64,000 bases of DNA from an uncultured Gemmatimonadales bacterium. GTDB taxonomy: Bacteria; Gemmatimonadota; Gemmatimonadetes; Gemmatimonadales; GWC2-71-9. Below, piece after piece: positions 1 to 11,330 of the stretch. Where the stretch lies: assembly GCA_963828735.1 (NCBI GenBank), contig CAWHFW010000002.1, forward strand, positions 1-64,000, given 5' to 3'. The first letter of the stretch is position 1. Every line of letters starts with the position of its first letter. A program made the translations under genes and the position numbers. A model generated the notes under the pieces. It saw nothing but the letters and a program-made list of their open reading frames with translations, made no database searches and was not told the origin of the DNA.

Positions 1-1154
1 GGTCGTCGTCAGGTCGGCCACGCCTGAGGCCCAACTGCGGTCCATCCTCGCAACCCCGTCGACGGGCATCGTCAACTCGAGCCTCGTCCGGTCGCACGGG
101 GGAGCCGACGGTATCAATGCATCCACGGCTGACAAGGGCGAGCGGTGGTTCAACTCATCCGCATCCGCCGGCGCGGGCAGCGGTCCGTACGTGCTGCAGT
201 CGTACAGCCCGACCTCGCAGGTCGTGCTCAGCGCTAACGAGAACTACTGGGGCGCGAAGAAGCCTCCATTCCGCGCCGTCGTCATCCGCAACATGGCGGC
301 CCCACCCAGCTCATCAACATTCGACGTGGATCGCATCAGATCGCGGTCGACCTCTCCGCAGATCAGGCACAGACGCTGAAAGGCGACGCCCACCTTCACG
401 TGTCGCTCGAACCGTCGACGTCGACCTTCTACCTGTTCGCGCACGACGACCCGCAGATCTCGTCGACCACGTCGAACACACGATTTCAACGGGCGGTGCG
501 CTACGCCCTCGACTACGAGGGGATTCTCGCGGTCGCGGGTCCGGGTGCGGTCCAGGCTCCCGGGATCATCCCGTCGTTGATCGGCGCTCTGCCCCAGAGG
601 ACGCCCTCACGCAGGACCTCGTGAAGGCCAAGGCCGAACTGGACGCGTCGGGCGTCGGGACTCAGCGCGTGACGCTCGAGTATCCCACCGACTTGACGAT
701 CAACGGCGTGTCCTTCGCGACGCTCGCCCAGAAGGTGCAGGCCAATCTGCGGGAGGCCGGATTCGACATCGCGCTTGCCGGGTCGCCGGTGGCGACGTTC
801 CAACCGAAGTTCCGCGCCGGGCACGTGGCCTTCGGCCTCTGGCTGTGGATGCCCGCCTACCCCGATCCCGCGGACTACCTCGTGTTCACTCCGGGCGGAC
901 TCGTGGCGCAACACGTCGGCTGGCCGGCGGGGAGCGACCCGGCGATCGAGAAGCTCGCCGCGAAAGCCCTCGTCGCGACCGAGCCGGCCACTCGAGGCTC
1001 CCTCTACCGACAGATCCAGCTTGGACTGAACGCGCGCAGCCCGTTCATCCCACTGTTCCAGCCGACGCAGGCGTTCGTGACGACGACCGATCTCGCGAAC
1101 GCGACCTTCAGCGGCGTGTACGGCGTCGACGTCACACAGATCTCCCCGAAGTAA
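1..1154 (+). CDS. ABC transporter substrate-binding protein (family 5, peptide/nickel), 5'-partial, frameshifted
   Basis: Pieces in several frames (GSGPYVLQSY..VVLSANENYWG, AVRYALDY, QKVQANLREAGF, W.PAYPDP, LYRQIQ) match SBP family 5; stop TAA at 1152-1154. Confidence 0.8.
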   Translation, partial: SSSGRPRLRPNCGPSSQPRRRASSTRASSGRTGEPTVSMHPRLTRASGGSTHPHPPARAAVRTCCSRTARPRRSCSALTRTTGARRSLHSAPSSSATWRPHPAHQHSTWIASDRGRPLRRSGTDAERRRPPSRVARTVDVDLLPVRARRPADLVDHVEHTISTGGALRPRLRGDSRGRGSGCGPGSRDHPVVDRRSAPEDALTQDLVKAKAELDASGVGTQRVTLEYPTDLTINGVSFATLAQKVQANLREAGFDIALAGSPVATFQPKFRAGHVAFGLWLWMPAYPDPADYLVFTPGGLVAQHVGWPAGSDPAIEKLAAKALVATEPATRGSLYRQIQLGLNARSPFIPLFQPTQAFVTTTDLANATFSGVYGVDVTQISPK

Positions 1155-1717
1155 TCACGCGCGCGAGCGCGGCCACCCGCGCGCGGCGGATCAAATCGCG
1201 CCGTTGCGATCGTCTCGCACGCTCTTGTCGGTGACCGCCGCCGGGAGACGTGCCGTTCGCGCGGTGCCTACCAACGCCGGGCCGCCATCCCAGCACCCAC
1301 TGCGAGTGCGCTCAGGTCAGAAGGCTGTATCGCCGGCCAGGATCCGTCCTGCCTGCAGCAATGTTCTGCTGGCCTCCAGCGTCGAGCACACGTGAGTGCC
1401 CGCTGGTGGCCGTGAGCGTTTGCCTACTTCCGGCCCATGCGCGACCTGGCTTGAGATCGACTATTCAACCGCTGCTAACGGGCTGCGAGCCTGTTGGTAG
1501 CGCGCCCACCGCTCGCCACAGGGTGGGCCGACAGGCTCGGGCACGAGCAGGCGGTCGAGCTGTCGCGAACGATCTGGCCGCCTGCCGCCGGCGGTTCGTT
1601 GCCAGCTTCGGCGGAATCCCGGGACAGCACCGGGACAGCACCATCTGCTCAAACGGGGCCTGTCTGACACGAATGACCCTAGGAAACAAGCCATTTCCGC
1701 TTGTCTACTAGGGTCTC

Positions 1718-1792
<75 letters not shown>

Positions 1793-1857
1793 AGGCAGCG
1801 GCCGGAAGTGTAGCCAGCGGCGGGCATGCTGTCCCGGAACGGTGCCTAGACTGCCCC

Positions 1858-2874
1858 ATGGGCGACCCCGAGGGCGTCGAACGCACACTGTCCCGGCCGA
1901 TGCGGCTGCTTCGCTGGCCGCTCGACCTCTTCCACACGCTCCTGCGGGTGATCCCGCAGGCGGTCGACGGCTACTTCGCCGACCGCTGCACCCAGCACGC
2001 CGCGGGAATCGCCTACCGCGTCCTGTTCTCGCTCGTCCCGCTCTCGATCGTGCTCGTGGCGATCTTCGGGCTCGTGCTACGCGACGACAGCCTCCGGGAC
2101 GACGTGATCCGTCAGATCGTCGACACGCTCCCGCTCTCGGACAGCGGCAGCGCCGACGTCACACGCGAGATCGAAAAGCTGGCGCGGCCGGCAACCGGGC
2201 TCGGGATCGTCAGCCTGCTCGTCTTCGGGTGGGCTGCGACGGGAATGATGGCCGCCTTGCGCGCCGGGCTCGAGGTCGCCATGCGCGTCGAGCGCGGCCG
2301 GCCCGCGGCCCGCGGGAAGCTCGTCGACCTGATCCTGCTCGTCGGCACCGCCGCCCTCGTCCTGGGCGTCGTCGTCGTCAACCTCGTGACGCAGGTGGTG
2401 TCGGCCGATGTCGGGCGCCTCATCGGCCGGCTCGGTCTCGACGGGGGCATCCTCGAGCACGGGCTCCGCGACGGTGTGCCCCTGCTGCTCACTCTGGTCG
2501 TCGTGCTCCTTCTCTACCGCTTCGTGCCCTCCCGGCGGCTCACGTTCCGGGATGCGCTGGCAGGCGCGATCGTGACTGCCGTCCTGCTCTTCGCGATCTC
2601 GCTTGCCTCGGGATACATCTTCAACCGCACGCGCAGCCTCGGCAACATCTACGGCTCGCTGACCCTGGCGCTGGTGTTCCTCTACTCGATGTACCTCTAC
2701 GCGTCGGCGGTCCTCCTCGGCGCGGAGGTGGCGTCAGCGTGGTCGCGGCCGGTCGAGGTGACGGACGAGTCGCTGCCACGCCAGGTCCGTCGCGTCGTCG
2801 TCGGCCTCTTCGTCCACCAGGATCCGCCGCCCCCGCCGGCGGCACGCGCGCGGGTGCCCACAGATCCTCGCTGA
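1858..2874 (+). CDS. YihY/virulence factor BrkB family membrane protein
   Basis: AAGIAYRVLFSLVPL, LLYRFVP, YGSL..LVFLYSMY..LLGAE motifs. Confidence 0.9.
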   Translation: MGDPEGVERTLSRPMRLLRWPLDLFHTLLRVIPQAVDGYFADRCTQHAAGIAYRVLFSLVPLSIVLVAIFGLVLRDDSLRDDVIRQIVDTLPLSDSGSADVTREIEKLARPATGLGIVSLLVFGWAATGMMAALRAGLEVAMRVERGRPAARGKLVDLILLVGTAALVLGVVVVNLVTQVVSADVGRLIGRLGLDGGILEHGLRDGVPLLLTLVVVLLLYRFVPSRRLTFRDALAGAIVTAVLLFAISLASGYIFNRTRSLGNIYGSLTLALVFLYSMYLYASAVLLGAEVASAWSRPVEVTDESLPRQVRRVVVGLFVHQDPPPPPAARARVPTDPR

Positions 2875-2887
2875 CCGTCGGGCGGCC

Positions 2888-4543
2888 CTACGCCAGCTCG
2901 GTCAGCGCCTGGCGCACCTTGGCGAGATGCGCCTGCAGCTCGGTCGCGCGCGCCAGGTCCGTCTCGCCCTGAAGATCGCGCCGGAGCTTCCGCTCGCGCA
3001 GCCGCAGGAGCATCTCTGTTCCCGTTCGACGCGTGATCCCCTCACTCGCGGCCGTCGCGTCGAGCTCGGCGAGGAGACCGACGAGATCGGGCTCCGGCGG
3101 AACCCGCGCGACGAGGGCCGCGCGCATCCGGCGGTGCTCGTCCAGGTCGAAGTGCTCCTCCCCCAGGCCCGCGAGGGCGTCGTGAAGGTCAGGATGAGCG
3201 ACGGCGGCGGCCAGCGACTCGCGCTCGAGCCTGATCCCGGCGTCGAGCAGCTTGCGCGGCTGCGGTGTGCTCCGCGCCTGAGCGGCACCGCGGGCCGGGG
3301 CGATGCCCGAGAGCGTCTCGCGCGGAAGGTCGAGGCGGTCGGCCAGCAGCCTGAGCGCGTCCTGGCGCTCCGGGGAGTCCTCCGCGCCGGAGAGCACCTC
3401 GCGCGCCCGGACGAAGGCCTCCTGCCGGTCGGCGGCGCGCTCGATCTCGAGCCTGACGCGATAGTGGAGGTAGCCCTCCGCCTGGGCGAGCCGCGCCTCG
3501 AAGCCCTGTGGCGCGTCGGCGGGATCCTGGCCTTGCGGCAACAGCACGATCCGGATCTCGAACCCGAGGGCGTAGGCCCGCTCCATCCCCCGCAGCGTCG
3601 CGTCCTCGCCCGCTGTATCTGCGTCGAAGCACAGGTACAGCCGCTTCGTCAACCGCACGAGCTCGCGCAGGTGCTGCTCGGTGAGCGCGGTTCCCATCGC
3701 GGCGACGACCGGCTCGAATCCCGCCTGGCGGAGCGCGATCACGTCGGTGTTTCCCTCGACGACGACGGCCCGATCTTGCTTCGCGATGGCGGGCCGTGCG
3801 AGGTGGAGCCCGTAGAGGACGTTGCTCTTCTTGAAGAGCTCGCTCTCGGGCGAGTTGACGTACTTCCCCTTGAGCGGGTCGTCGTCCCGCAGCTTGCGGG
3901 CCTGAAACCCGATCACCCTCCCGCGTGCGTCCGCGAGCGGGAACATCAGCCGGGGAGGGAAGTAGTCGGCGCCACGCCGCTGCGTCAGCCCCGCCGCGCT
4001 CAGCTCCTCGGCGGTGAATCCCTTCTCGCGCGCCTTCGCGGCGAGACCCTGTCCCGGCGAGAGCCCGAGACGGAACTCCTTCGCGATCTCCTCCCCGAGG
4101 CCGCGGCTCGACAGGTACTCGCGGACGGGCGCGCCCGCCGGCCCGTCCCAGAGGTGGCGCTCGAAGAACACCGTGGCCTGCTCCAGCAGCGCGAGGAGCC
4201 GCTCCCGCTGGCGCCGCGACTGATCGGCCTGCGGGGAGCTCTCCTCGTACTCGAGCGGGATGCGGAACCGCTCGGCAAGCCACTCGATCGCGCCGACGAA
4301 GTCGAGTCCTTCGGTTTCGCGCACGAACGTGACGACGTCACCTCCCTTGCCGCAGCCGAAGCAGTAGTAGACGTTGAGGTCGGCGTTGACGGAGAAGCTC
4401 GGCGACCGCTCGTCGTGGAACGGGCAACGTCCCGTGTATCGCGTTCCCGACCCCTTGCGGAGGGAGGTTCGCAGACCCACGACCTCGACGATGTTCGACG
4501 CTGCGATGGCGTCTCGGACGCTCTGGTCCTTGATCCGCGCCAC
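2888..4543 (-). CDS. dnaG: DNA primase
   Basis: CPFHDERSPSF..YYCFGCGKGGD zinc finger, KYVNSPES, TOPRIM VVEG..DV and CFDAD; GTG start overlaps the dgt stop. Confidence 0.97.
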   Translation of the reverse strand: MARIKDQSVRDAIAASNIVEVVGLRTSLRKGSGTRYTGRCPFHDERSPSFSVNADLNVYYCFGCGKGGDVVTFVRETEGLDFVGAIEWLAERFRIPLEYEESSPQADQSRRQRERLLALLEQATVFFERHLWDGPAGAPVREYLSSRGLGEEIAKEFRLGLSPGQGLAAKAREKGFTAEELSAAGLTQRRGADYFPPRLMFPLADARGRVIGFQARKLRDDDPLKGKYVNSPESELFKKSNVLYGLHLARPAIAKQDRAVVVEGNTDVIALRQAGFEPVVAAMGTALTEQHLRELVRLTKRLYLCFDADTAGEDATLRGMERAYALGFEIRIVLLPQGQDPADAPQGFEARLAQAEGYLHYRVRLEIERAADRQEAFVRAREVLSGAEDSPERQDALRLLADRLDLPRETLSGIAPARGAAQARSTPQPRKLLDAGIRLERESLAAAVAHPDLHDALAGLGEEHFDLDEHRRMRAALVARVPPEPDLVGLLAELDATAASEGITRRTGTEMLLRLRERKLRRDLQGETDLARATELQAHLAKVRQALTELA

Positions 4544-5517
4544 TACAGCGCCCCGGCGTAGGCGAGCGCAAACCTGTCGGTCATGCCGGAGACGTAGTCC
4601 GTGATCCTGTCGGCGAGGTCGCCTTCGCCGAGCGGAAGTCTGCTCGGATCGTCCAGAAGCCTGTCGAAGATCGCCGCGACGACGCCGTTCGCCCGCCGGT
4701 GCTCCGGCTCGACGTGGGGACCGAGGTAGACGCGATCGAACATGAACGCGCGCAGCGAGTGCATCGCTTCGCCGATCTCCTCGCTCTGCCTGATGTCCCT
4801 GACCTCCGCCGAGGTTTCCACGAGGTCGTGGACGAGACGGTCGATGCGCTCCGAGCCGGTCGAGCCGAGCAGATCGATCTCGTCGCGGGGCAACTCCGCT
4901 TCCGCCAGGATCCCGTAGCGAATCGCGTCGTCGATGTCGTGGTTGATGTAGGCAACCCGGTCGACGATGCGCACGATCTTCCCCTCGAGCGTGTCCGGCT
5001 CCTGGAGGCCCGTGTGCGTGAGGATGCCGTCGCAGACCTCGTGAGTGAGGTTGAGCGCCCGGGCGATGCGCCACGACTGCTCGTTGTGGCGGAAGCGCCG
5101 GCCGAAGGCGACGTTGAGCGCGTCGTCGAGGGCCTGCTCGCCTGCGTGACCGAACGGCGTGTGACCCGTGTCGTGGCCGAGCCCGATCGCCTCCACGAGG
5201 TCCTCGTTCAGCCGGAGCGCCCGCGTGACGACGCGCGAGATCGCCGTCGTCTCGAGCGTGTGCGTCATCCGGGTGCGGTAGTGGTCGCCTTCCGGGTCGA
5301 TGAACACCTGCGTCTTCCCTTTCAGGCGGCGGAACGGCTTCGAGTGGACGAGGCGGTCGCGGTCGCGCTGGAAGGGCGTGCGCACGCCGCACGGCTCCTC
5401 AGGCCGACCCCGGCCCCGGGTCTCGAACGAGCGCACCGCGAGCGGGGACAGCCACGCCTCCTCCTGGGCGCGAATCCGCTGCTCGAATGACTCTGCGGTG
5501 CGGCCGGCAACCTCCAT
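4543..5517 (-). CDS. dgt: HD-domain dGTP triphosphohydrolase-like protein
   Basis: RTPFQRDRDR, FRRLKGKTQVF, RTRMTHTLE, HDTGHTPFGHAGE, DYVSGMTD. Confidence 0.93.
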   Translation of the reverse strand: MEVAGRTAESFEQRIRAQEEAWLSPLAVRSFETRGRGRPEEPCGVRTPFQRDRDRLVHSKPFRRLKGKTQVFIDPEGDHYRTRMTHTLETTAISRVVTRALRLNEDLVEAIGLGHDTGHTPFGHAGEQALDDALNVAFGRRFRHNEQSWRIARALNLTHEVCDGILTHTGLQEPDTLEGKIVRIVDRVAYINHDIDDAIRYGILAEAELPRDEIDLLGSTGSERIDRLVHDLVETSAEVRDIRQSEEIGEAMHSLRAFMFDRVYLGPHVEPEHRRANGVVAAIFDRLLDDPSRLPLGEGDLADRITDYVSGMTDRFALAYAGAL

Positions 5518-5569
5518 CTCTGGAGCGTAGTCACGCCTGCGGATCTCGTCTCTGACGCCAACAGTCGAG

Positions 5570-6335
5570 CTAGAACGACCGCGACTGCCCGCCGTCGACG
5601 GGGACACAGGCGCCGACGATCCACGAGGCACGTGGCGAGACGAGGAAGGCCATCACGTCCGCGATCTCGTCGACGGTGCCGAGTCTCCCCCACGGTAGCT
5701 CCCGCTCGATGAACGCGGCCATGCCCTCCGGATCTTCGCGCAGGCGGCGTTCCCAGCTCCCCCCGGCGAACAACGTCGAGCCGGGTGCGATGCTGAAGAC
5801 GCGGATCCTCGTCCTGGGCCAGGTCGCGTGCCATGGCCTTCGCGAGGCTGATCTCCGCCGCCTTGGCGACGTTGTAGCTTGGCGCGCCGCCGGCCTCCCG
5901 CCCCCAGACCGAGGCAATCATCGCGATGACGCCTCCGCCGCGCGCCCGCAGGTGCGGCAGCGCCGCACGTGAGACGTTGAGCGCCGGGAAGAGGTTCCGG
6001 TCGAGCACGTCGCGGAGGTCGACATCGTCCATTGCTGTCACAGTGCGCGCACCCGAGCCGCCGACGCTGTTGACGACGATGTCGACGCCGCCGAGCCGCT
6101 CCACCGCGGCTTCGACGACGGCTGTCGCCCCGTCCGGGGTGGACACGTCCGCGGTGATGCCGGCGGCCCGTCCAGGGCCTTCGATCGCCTCCACGGCAGC
6201 GTCGAGTCGCTCTCGTCCGCGCGCGCAGAGCAGGACGTCGGCCCCCTCTTGCGCGAGCCGCACCGCGATCCCGTGGCCGATGCCCCGACTCGAGCCCGTG
6301 ACGACCGCGACCTTGCCGGCGAGCCCGAGATCCAT
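5570..6335 (-). CDS. SDR family oxidoreductase (frameshift near 5810)
   Basis: VTGSSRGIG, YNVAK; C-terminus IAPG..PWGRLG..VDGG continues in another frame. Confidence 0.9.
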
Positions 6336-6344
6336 GCGGCGATC

Positions 6345-6728
6345 CTACGCGCCCGGCATCGAGCCGCCCGTGTGAACGCGGCCCGCGCGGAGCTCGTCCC
6401 AGACGACGTGCGCGTTGCCCGGCTCGAGCCCGAGCTCGCGCACGATGGTGCCGGCCACCGCCGAGAGGACGCGGGCCACGAGCTCGGGTGGACGTCCCTC
6501 GAAGGCGCTCACGCGGACGAGCGGTGGATGCGTGCCCCTGGGCTGCTCGGAGGGCGCATCATCTGCTCCCTCCCGGTAGCTGCCGGGTTCGAGCGTCTGC
6601 CAGGTCACCCACGTGCCGGACGGTTCCTCGCCGAGCTCCCGGCTCACCGCGATGACAAGCGTCCGCGCGACGGCGTCGAGGTCGACGCCGACCCGCTGTC
6701 GAAGCGCTGTGATCTGCACGATCGGCAT
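6345..6728 (-). CDS. tautomerase-superfamily protein (two fused beta-alpha-beta units)
   Basis: N-terminal Pro (MPIVQI); second half PLVRVSAFEGRPPE..IVRELGLEPGNAHVVWDE resembles 4-OT. Confidence 0.55.
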   Translation of the reverse strand: MPIVQITALRQRVGVDLDAVARTLVIAVSRELGEEPSGTWVTWQTLEPGSYREGADDAPSEQPRGTHPPLVRVSAFEGRPPELVARVLSAVAGTIVRELGLEPGNAHVVWDELRAGRVHTGGSMPGA

Positions 6729-6763
6729 TTCGCGGAACCGTAGACGCCGAGTACGGTGAGTGC

Positions 6764-7276
6764 GTGACCGAGCTCCTGCTCGTACGGCATGGCGAGACGG
6801 ACTGGAATCGCGAGCACCGCGTCCAGGGCCACACCGACGTCCCTCTGAACGCTGTCGGGAGGGCGCAGGCGGAGGCCCTCGCGGAGAGCCTTGCCGACGC
6901 GCTCCTGGCCGGCGTCTACTCGAGCGACCTCGCCCGCGCCCGCCAGACGGCCGAGATCGTCTCCCGGCACCAGGGACTGGGGGTCGTTCTCGAACCTGGG
7001 CTGCGGGAGAAGAACTTCGGCAGCTGGGAAGGGCTCACCGATCTCGAGATCGCGGAGCGCTTCCCGGATGCGGTCCGCGGCAGGTGGGGCGACGGGGAGA
7101 CAACCGAAGAGGTGGCCGGCCGCGCGCTGACGGCGATCGAGCGCATTCGCTCCCGCGAGCACGACGGCCCCGTGTTGGTCGTCTCACACGGCGGCGCGAT
7201 CCGCACCATTCTCGACCAGTTCGGCGTCGAGCACGGGCGGATCGGGAACTGCGAGGTCTTTCGGCTGCTGCTCTGA
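6764..7276 (+). CDS. histidine phosphatase (phosphoglycerate mutase family)
   Basis: LVRHGETDWN, SSDLARARQTA, VVSHGG. Confidence 0.95.
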   Translation: MTELLLVRHGETDWNREHRVQGHTDVPLNAVGRAQAEALAESLADALLAGVYSSDLARARQTAEIVSRHQGLGVVLEPGLREKNFGSWEGLTDLEIAERFPDAVRGRWGDGETTEEVAGRALTAIERIRSREHDGPVLVVSHGGAIRTILDQFGVEHGRIGNCEVFRLLL

Positions 7277-7485
7277 CTCACGCCGAAGCGCATGCGCCGA
7301 GAACGAGCGGTGTCGCCACGAGGACCGGAAGGAGCCACCGGACGCGCATTGGGCGACCGAGTATGCGTCATCCGTCACGAGCTAGCGAGCCGCGACGTCT
7401 GACGCTATCTTTGCGCAGCGCGATCGCTGCGGCCCCTTTCCTTTCGCGAGGAAACGGTTCTCAGCCTGGAAACGGGAAGTGCAGG

Positions 7486-8061
7486 ATGCGGCGAGTTGTT
7501 CTTGCGGCGAGGGCATACTCACAGGGCTCGACCGGCAAGGTCGTCGGTGCACTTCTCATCGCGTCGTGCCTGCTGGTGGTGGTCGTATCCCGGGCAGACG
7601 CGGCGACGGTGCGGGTCGCCACCTCCGGTGACGGCACGGGTGTGGTGCGGATCGAGGCAGCCAACGTCCCGTCGACGTTCAGCCCCTACTGGGGCGACTG
7701 TCCGCCCTACCAGGTGAACGGGAGCCGGCCCAACCTCCCGCGCGGAACCAACGAGCAGCACGCCGCGTGGGTCGAGCAGCAGATCCGCGACGCAAGCTAC
7801 GTCGGTCGCTGACGGACGCCGAGCGGCAAACGCACGGTGCGCGTCCCGCCGACCCCGGCCGACCGGTCCGCGATCGAACCGATGGGTCGCACCTTCGCGA
7901 CGAGAAAGGAATTGACGCAAACGTGTGTGCACCGGCCTCCCGCCCGCATCTACCGTGGCCGGACGAGTCTGGTGCTAGAGCCGCGCGACGGCAACGGTGC
8001 ACCCCTGAACAGGCTGGGGCCTGGCGGGCTCGCGTGGCTGCACGAGAGACTCGTGGCTTGA
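7486..8061 (+). pseudogene. possible secreted-protein gene, interrupted by in-frame TGA at 7810-7812
   Basis: Signal-peptide-like hydrophobic stretch ending ADA-A; the same frame stays open after the stop until 8061; no recognised family. Confidence 0.3.
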
Positions 8062-8253
8062 AGTCTCTCGCGCAGTCGCGCGGATAACGAGATGCCAATA
8101 CCAGCGACCAGTGTCGACAAACACTGCGCGCACCTTCGACGCCGCCTGGCATCCCTGGGCAACCCGCATGACCGAGGCATCACCAGCACCTCATTTCACG
8201 GACCTGCAGGGGCGACGACCGCCTATTCAGGCGCCATTGGCTACGCTGCGGGC

Positions 8254-8508
8254 GTGGAGGACTACACCAACAAGTACAAGGGCGAGCAGGTCGACCTTGC
8301 GCTCTTCGGCGGTGAGTACCAGGAGGGCGTTCTGACCGCCTACTGCTCGATCGAGGACGTCCCCCACATCGAGCTCAACGGACACATCCTCGTGCCGCTC
8401 CAGAACGTCGCGTCGCTCCACTGCTCGAGCCGGTGCGACGCACCGGAGCCCGACTGGCCTCCGCGGGGTCTCGAGAACGACGCAGACGACCGCGACGACG
8501 ACGGCTAG
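8254..8508 (+). CDS. small hypothetical protein, possibly Sm/Hfq-like beta-barrel with acidic tail
   Basis: GTG lies 6 nt after TACGCT; GC-rich third positions; stop abuts the next ATG. Confidence 0.55.
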   Translation: MEDYTNKYKGEQVDLALFGGEYQEGVLTAYCSIEDVPHIELNGHILVPLQNVASLHCSSRCDAPEPDWPPRGLENDADDRDDDG

Positions 8509-9336
8509 ATGCGCCGCCGGATCACGGCGAACTTCCTGAAGGCCTTCGCCCTGGTCGTCCTCCTCGTCGCGTTCGCGGCCGGCTTCGGCTGGCTGATCGG
8601 CGGCCAGCGCAGCGCGGGCCTCTTCGCGTTCTGCGCGCTGAGCGCGGCGATCGCCGTGTACTGGCTCGGCGAGCGGGCACTCCTCGGCATGCTCGACGCC
8701 CGCCCCTTCGCACTCGCGGAGGACCCCCTGCTGCGATCGTCGACGGACAGGATCGCGGCCCAGCTGCAGATGACGCCGCCGAGGCTTGCCCTGATCGACG
8801 ATGGCTTCCCGCGGGCGTTCGTCGTGGGCCGCGGCCCGGGAGGGTCGACGCTCGTCGTCTCGACCGGGCTCTTGCGGGCGGTGCGCCGGGACGAGCTCGA
8901 TGCCGTCATCGCCCACGAGCTCGCGCACATCCGCAGCCTCGACGTGCTGACGCAGACCTTCGCCGTCCTGTTTGCAGCGACGCTCGTCGAGACGAGCCGG
9001 CTGGGCGGGTTCCTCTCGCGCGCGCTGCTGTTCGTCCTCGCGCCCCTCGCTGCAGCATTCACGCACGCGATGCTGTCGCCGAAGCGGGAGTACGCCGCCG
9101 ACCGCGACGCGGCGAGTGTGTGCAACCCGCACGACATCGCCGACGTTCTCGTTCGCCTCGACCGCTCCGCCGAGCTGGTCGAGTTCTCGGCCTCGCCGGC
9201 CACGGAGCCGCTCTACACCGTCGACCCCTTCGAGCCGGACCGCCTGACCCGGATGTTCCGGACGCACCCCCCTCTCGAGGAGCGCATCCGGCGCCTGCGT
9301 GCGATCGGCGCGACGACGGAGCAGGCAGCGGCGTGA
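8509..9336 (+). CDS. M48 family zinc metalloprotease (HtpX-like)
   Basis: AVIAHELAHI, REYAADRDA, MFRTHPPLEERI. Confidence 0.92.
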   Translation: MRRRITANFLKAFALVVLLVAFAAGFGWLIGGQRSAGLFAFCALSAAIAVYWLGERALLGMLDARPFALAEDPLLRSSTDRIAAQLQMTPPRLALIDDGFPRAFVVGRGPGGSTLVVSTGLLRAVRRDELDAVIAHELAHIRSLDVLTQTFAVLFAATLVETSRLGGFLSRALLFVLAPLAAAFTHAMLSPKREYAADRDAASVCNPHDIADVLVRLDRSAELVEFSASPATEPLYTVDPFEPDRLTRMFRTHPPLEERIRRLRAIGATTEQAAA

Positions 9337-9375
9337 AAACGCCGAAGGGGACGGGCTGAGCCCGTCCCCTTCGGC
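9336..9375 (-). terminator. intrinsic terminator of rrn operon A (possibly bidirectional)
   Basis: 16-bp perfect stem GCCGAAGGGGACGGGC/GCCCGTCCCCTTCGGC followed by GTTTT on the minus strand. Confidence 0.85.
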
Positions 9376-9382
9376 ACACTAA

Positions 9383-9499
<117 letters not shown>

Positions 9500-9706
9500 C
9501 TGTCAAAGGCTCGAGCGCCGGGTTCAAGACCAGCACCGCCCGTACCTTCAAAACTCCATAGCGACTCAGACATGTTCAAAATCAAGACCTCGGGCAATTA
9601 GTACGGGTCAGCTGAACACATTGCTGTGCGTACACCGCCCGCCTATCAACGTGGTGGTCTACCACGGCCCTTACTCACTCGAGGTGATGGGGAGCCTCAT
9701 CTTGAG

Positions 9707-9743
<37 letters not shown>

Positions 9744-9857
9744 ATCCAGACGTAGCTAATCAGCAGTGCCGTTGGCACGACAACTGATACACCAGCGGTC
9801 TGTTCATCTCGGTCCTCTCGTACTAGAGACGACTCCTCTCAAGCTCCCAGCGCCCAT

Positions 9858-9989
<132 letters not shown>

Positions 9990-10016
9990 CTCCCGTCGAT
10001 GTGGACTCTTGGGGAG

Positions 10017-10059
<43 letters not shown>

Positions 10060-10209
10060 CGGCAATTCCACTCTTAACCGCCGGATCACTAAGGCCGACT
10101 TTCGTCCCTGCTCGACCTGTCAGTCTCGCAGTCAAGCTCCCTTATGCCTTTACGCTCTGCGCACGATTTCCAACCGTGCTGAGGGAACCTTTGCGCGCCT
10201 CCGTTACAT

Positions 10210-10241
<32 letters not shown>

Positions 10242-10526
10242 ACCTCACGCTGTTCCCGACCCGGATAACGGCATCGGGTTAGAAGCCCAGAATTCGCAGG
10301 GTGGTATCCCAAGGTTGACTCCACGAGGGCTGACGCCCCCGCTTCAAAGTCTCCCACCTATCCTGGACAACGAACACCAAACTTCAACGCAAAGCTGTAG
10401 TAAAGGTTCACGGGGTCTTTCCGTCCAGCCACGGGTACTCGGCATCTTCACCGAGACTACAATTTCACCGGATCCCTCGTTGAGACAGCGCCCAAGTCGT
10501 TACGCCATTCGTGCAGGTCGGAACTT

Positions 10527-11330
<804 letters not shown>

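Noticed and set aside
2888..5392. 834-aa extended primase
   Set aside because: The N-terminal extension is an off-frame reading of dgt; the primase starts at GTG 4543
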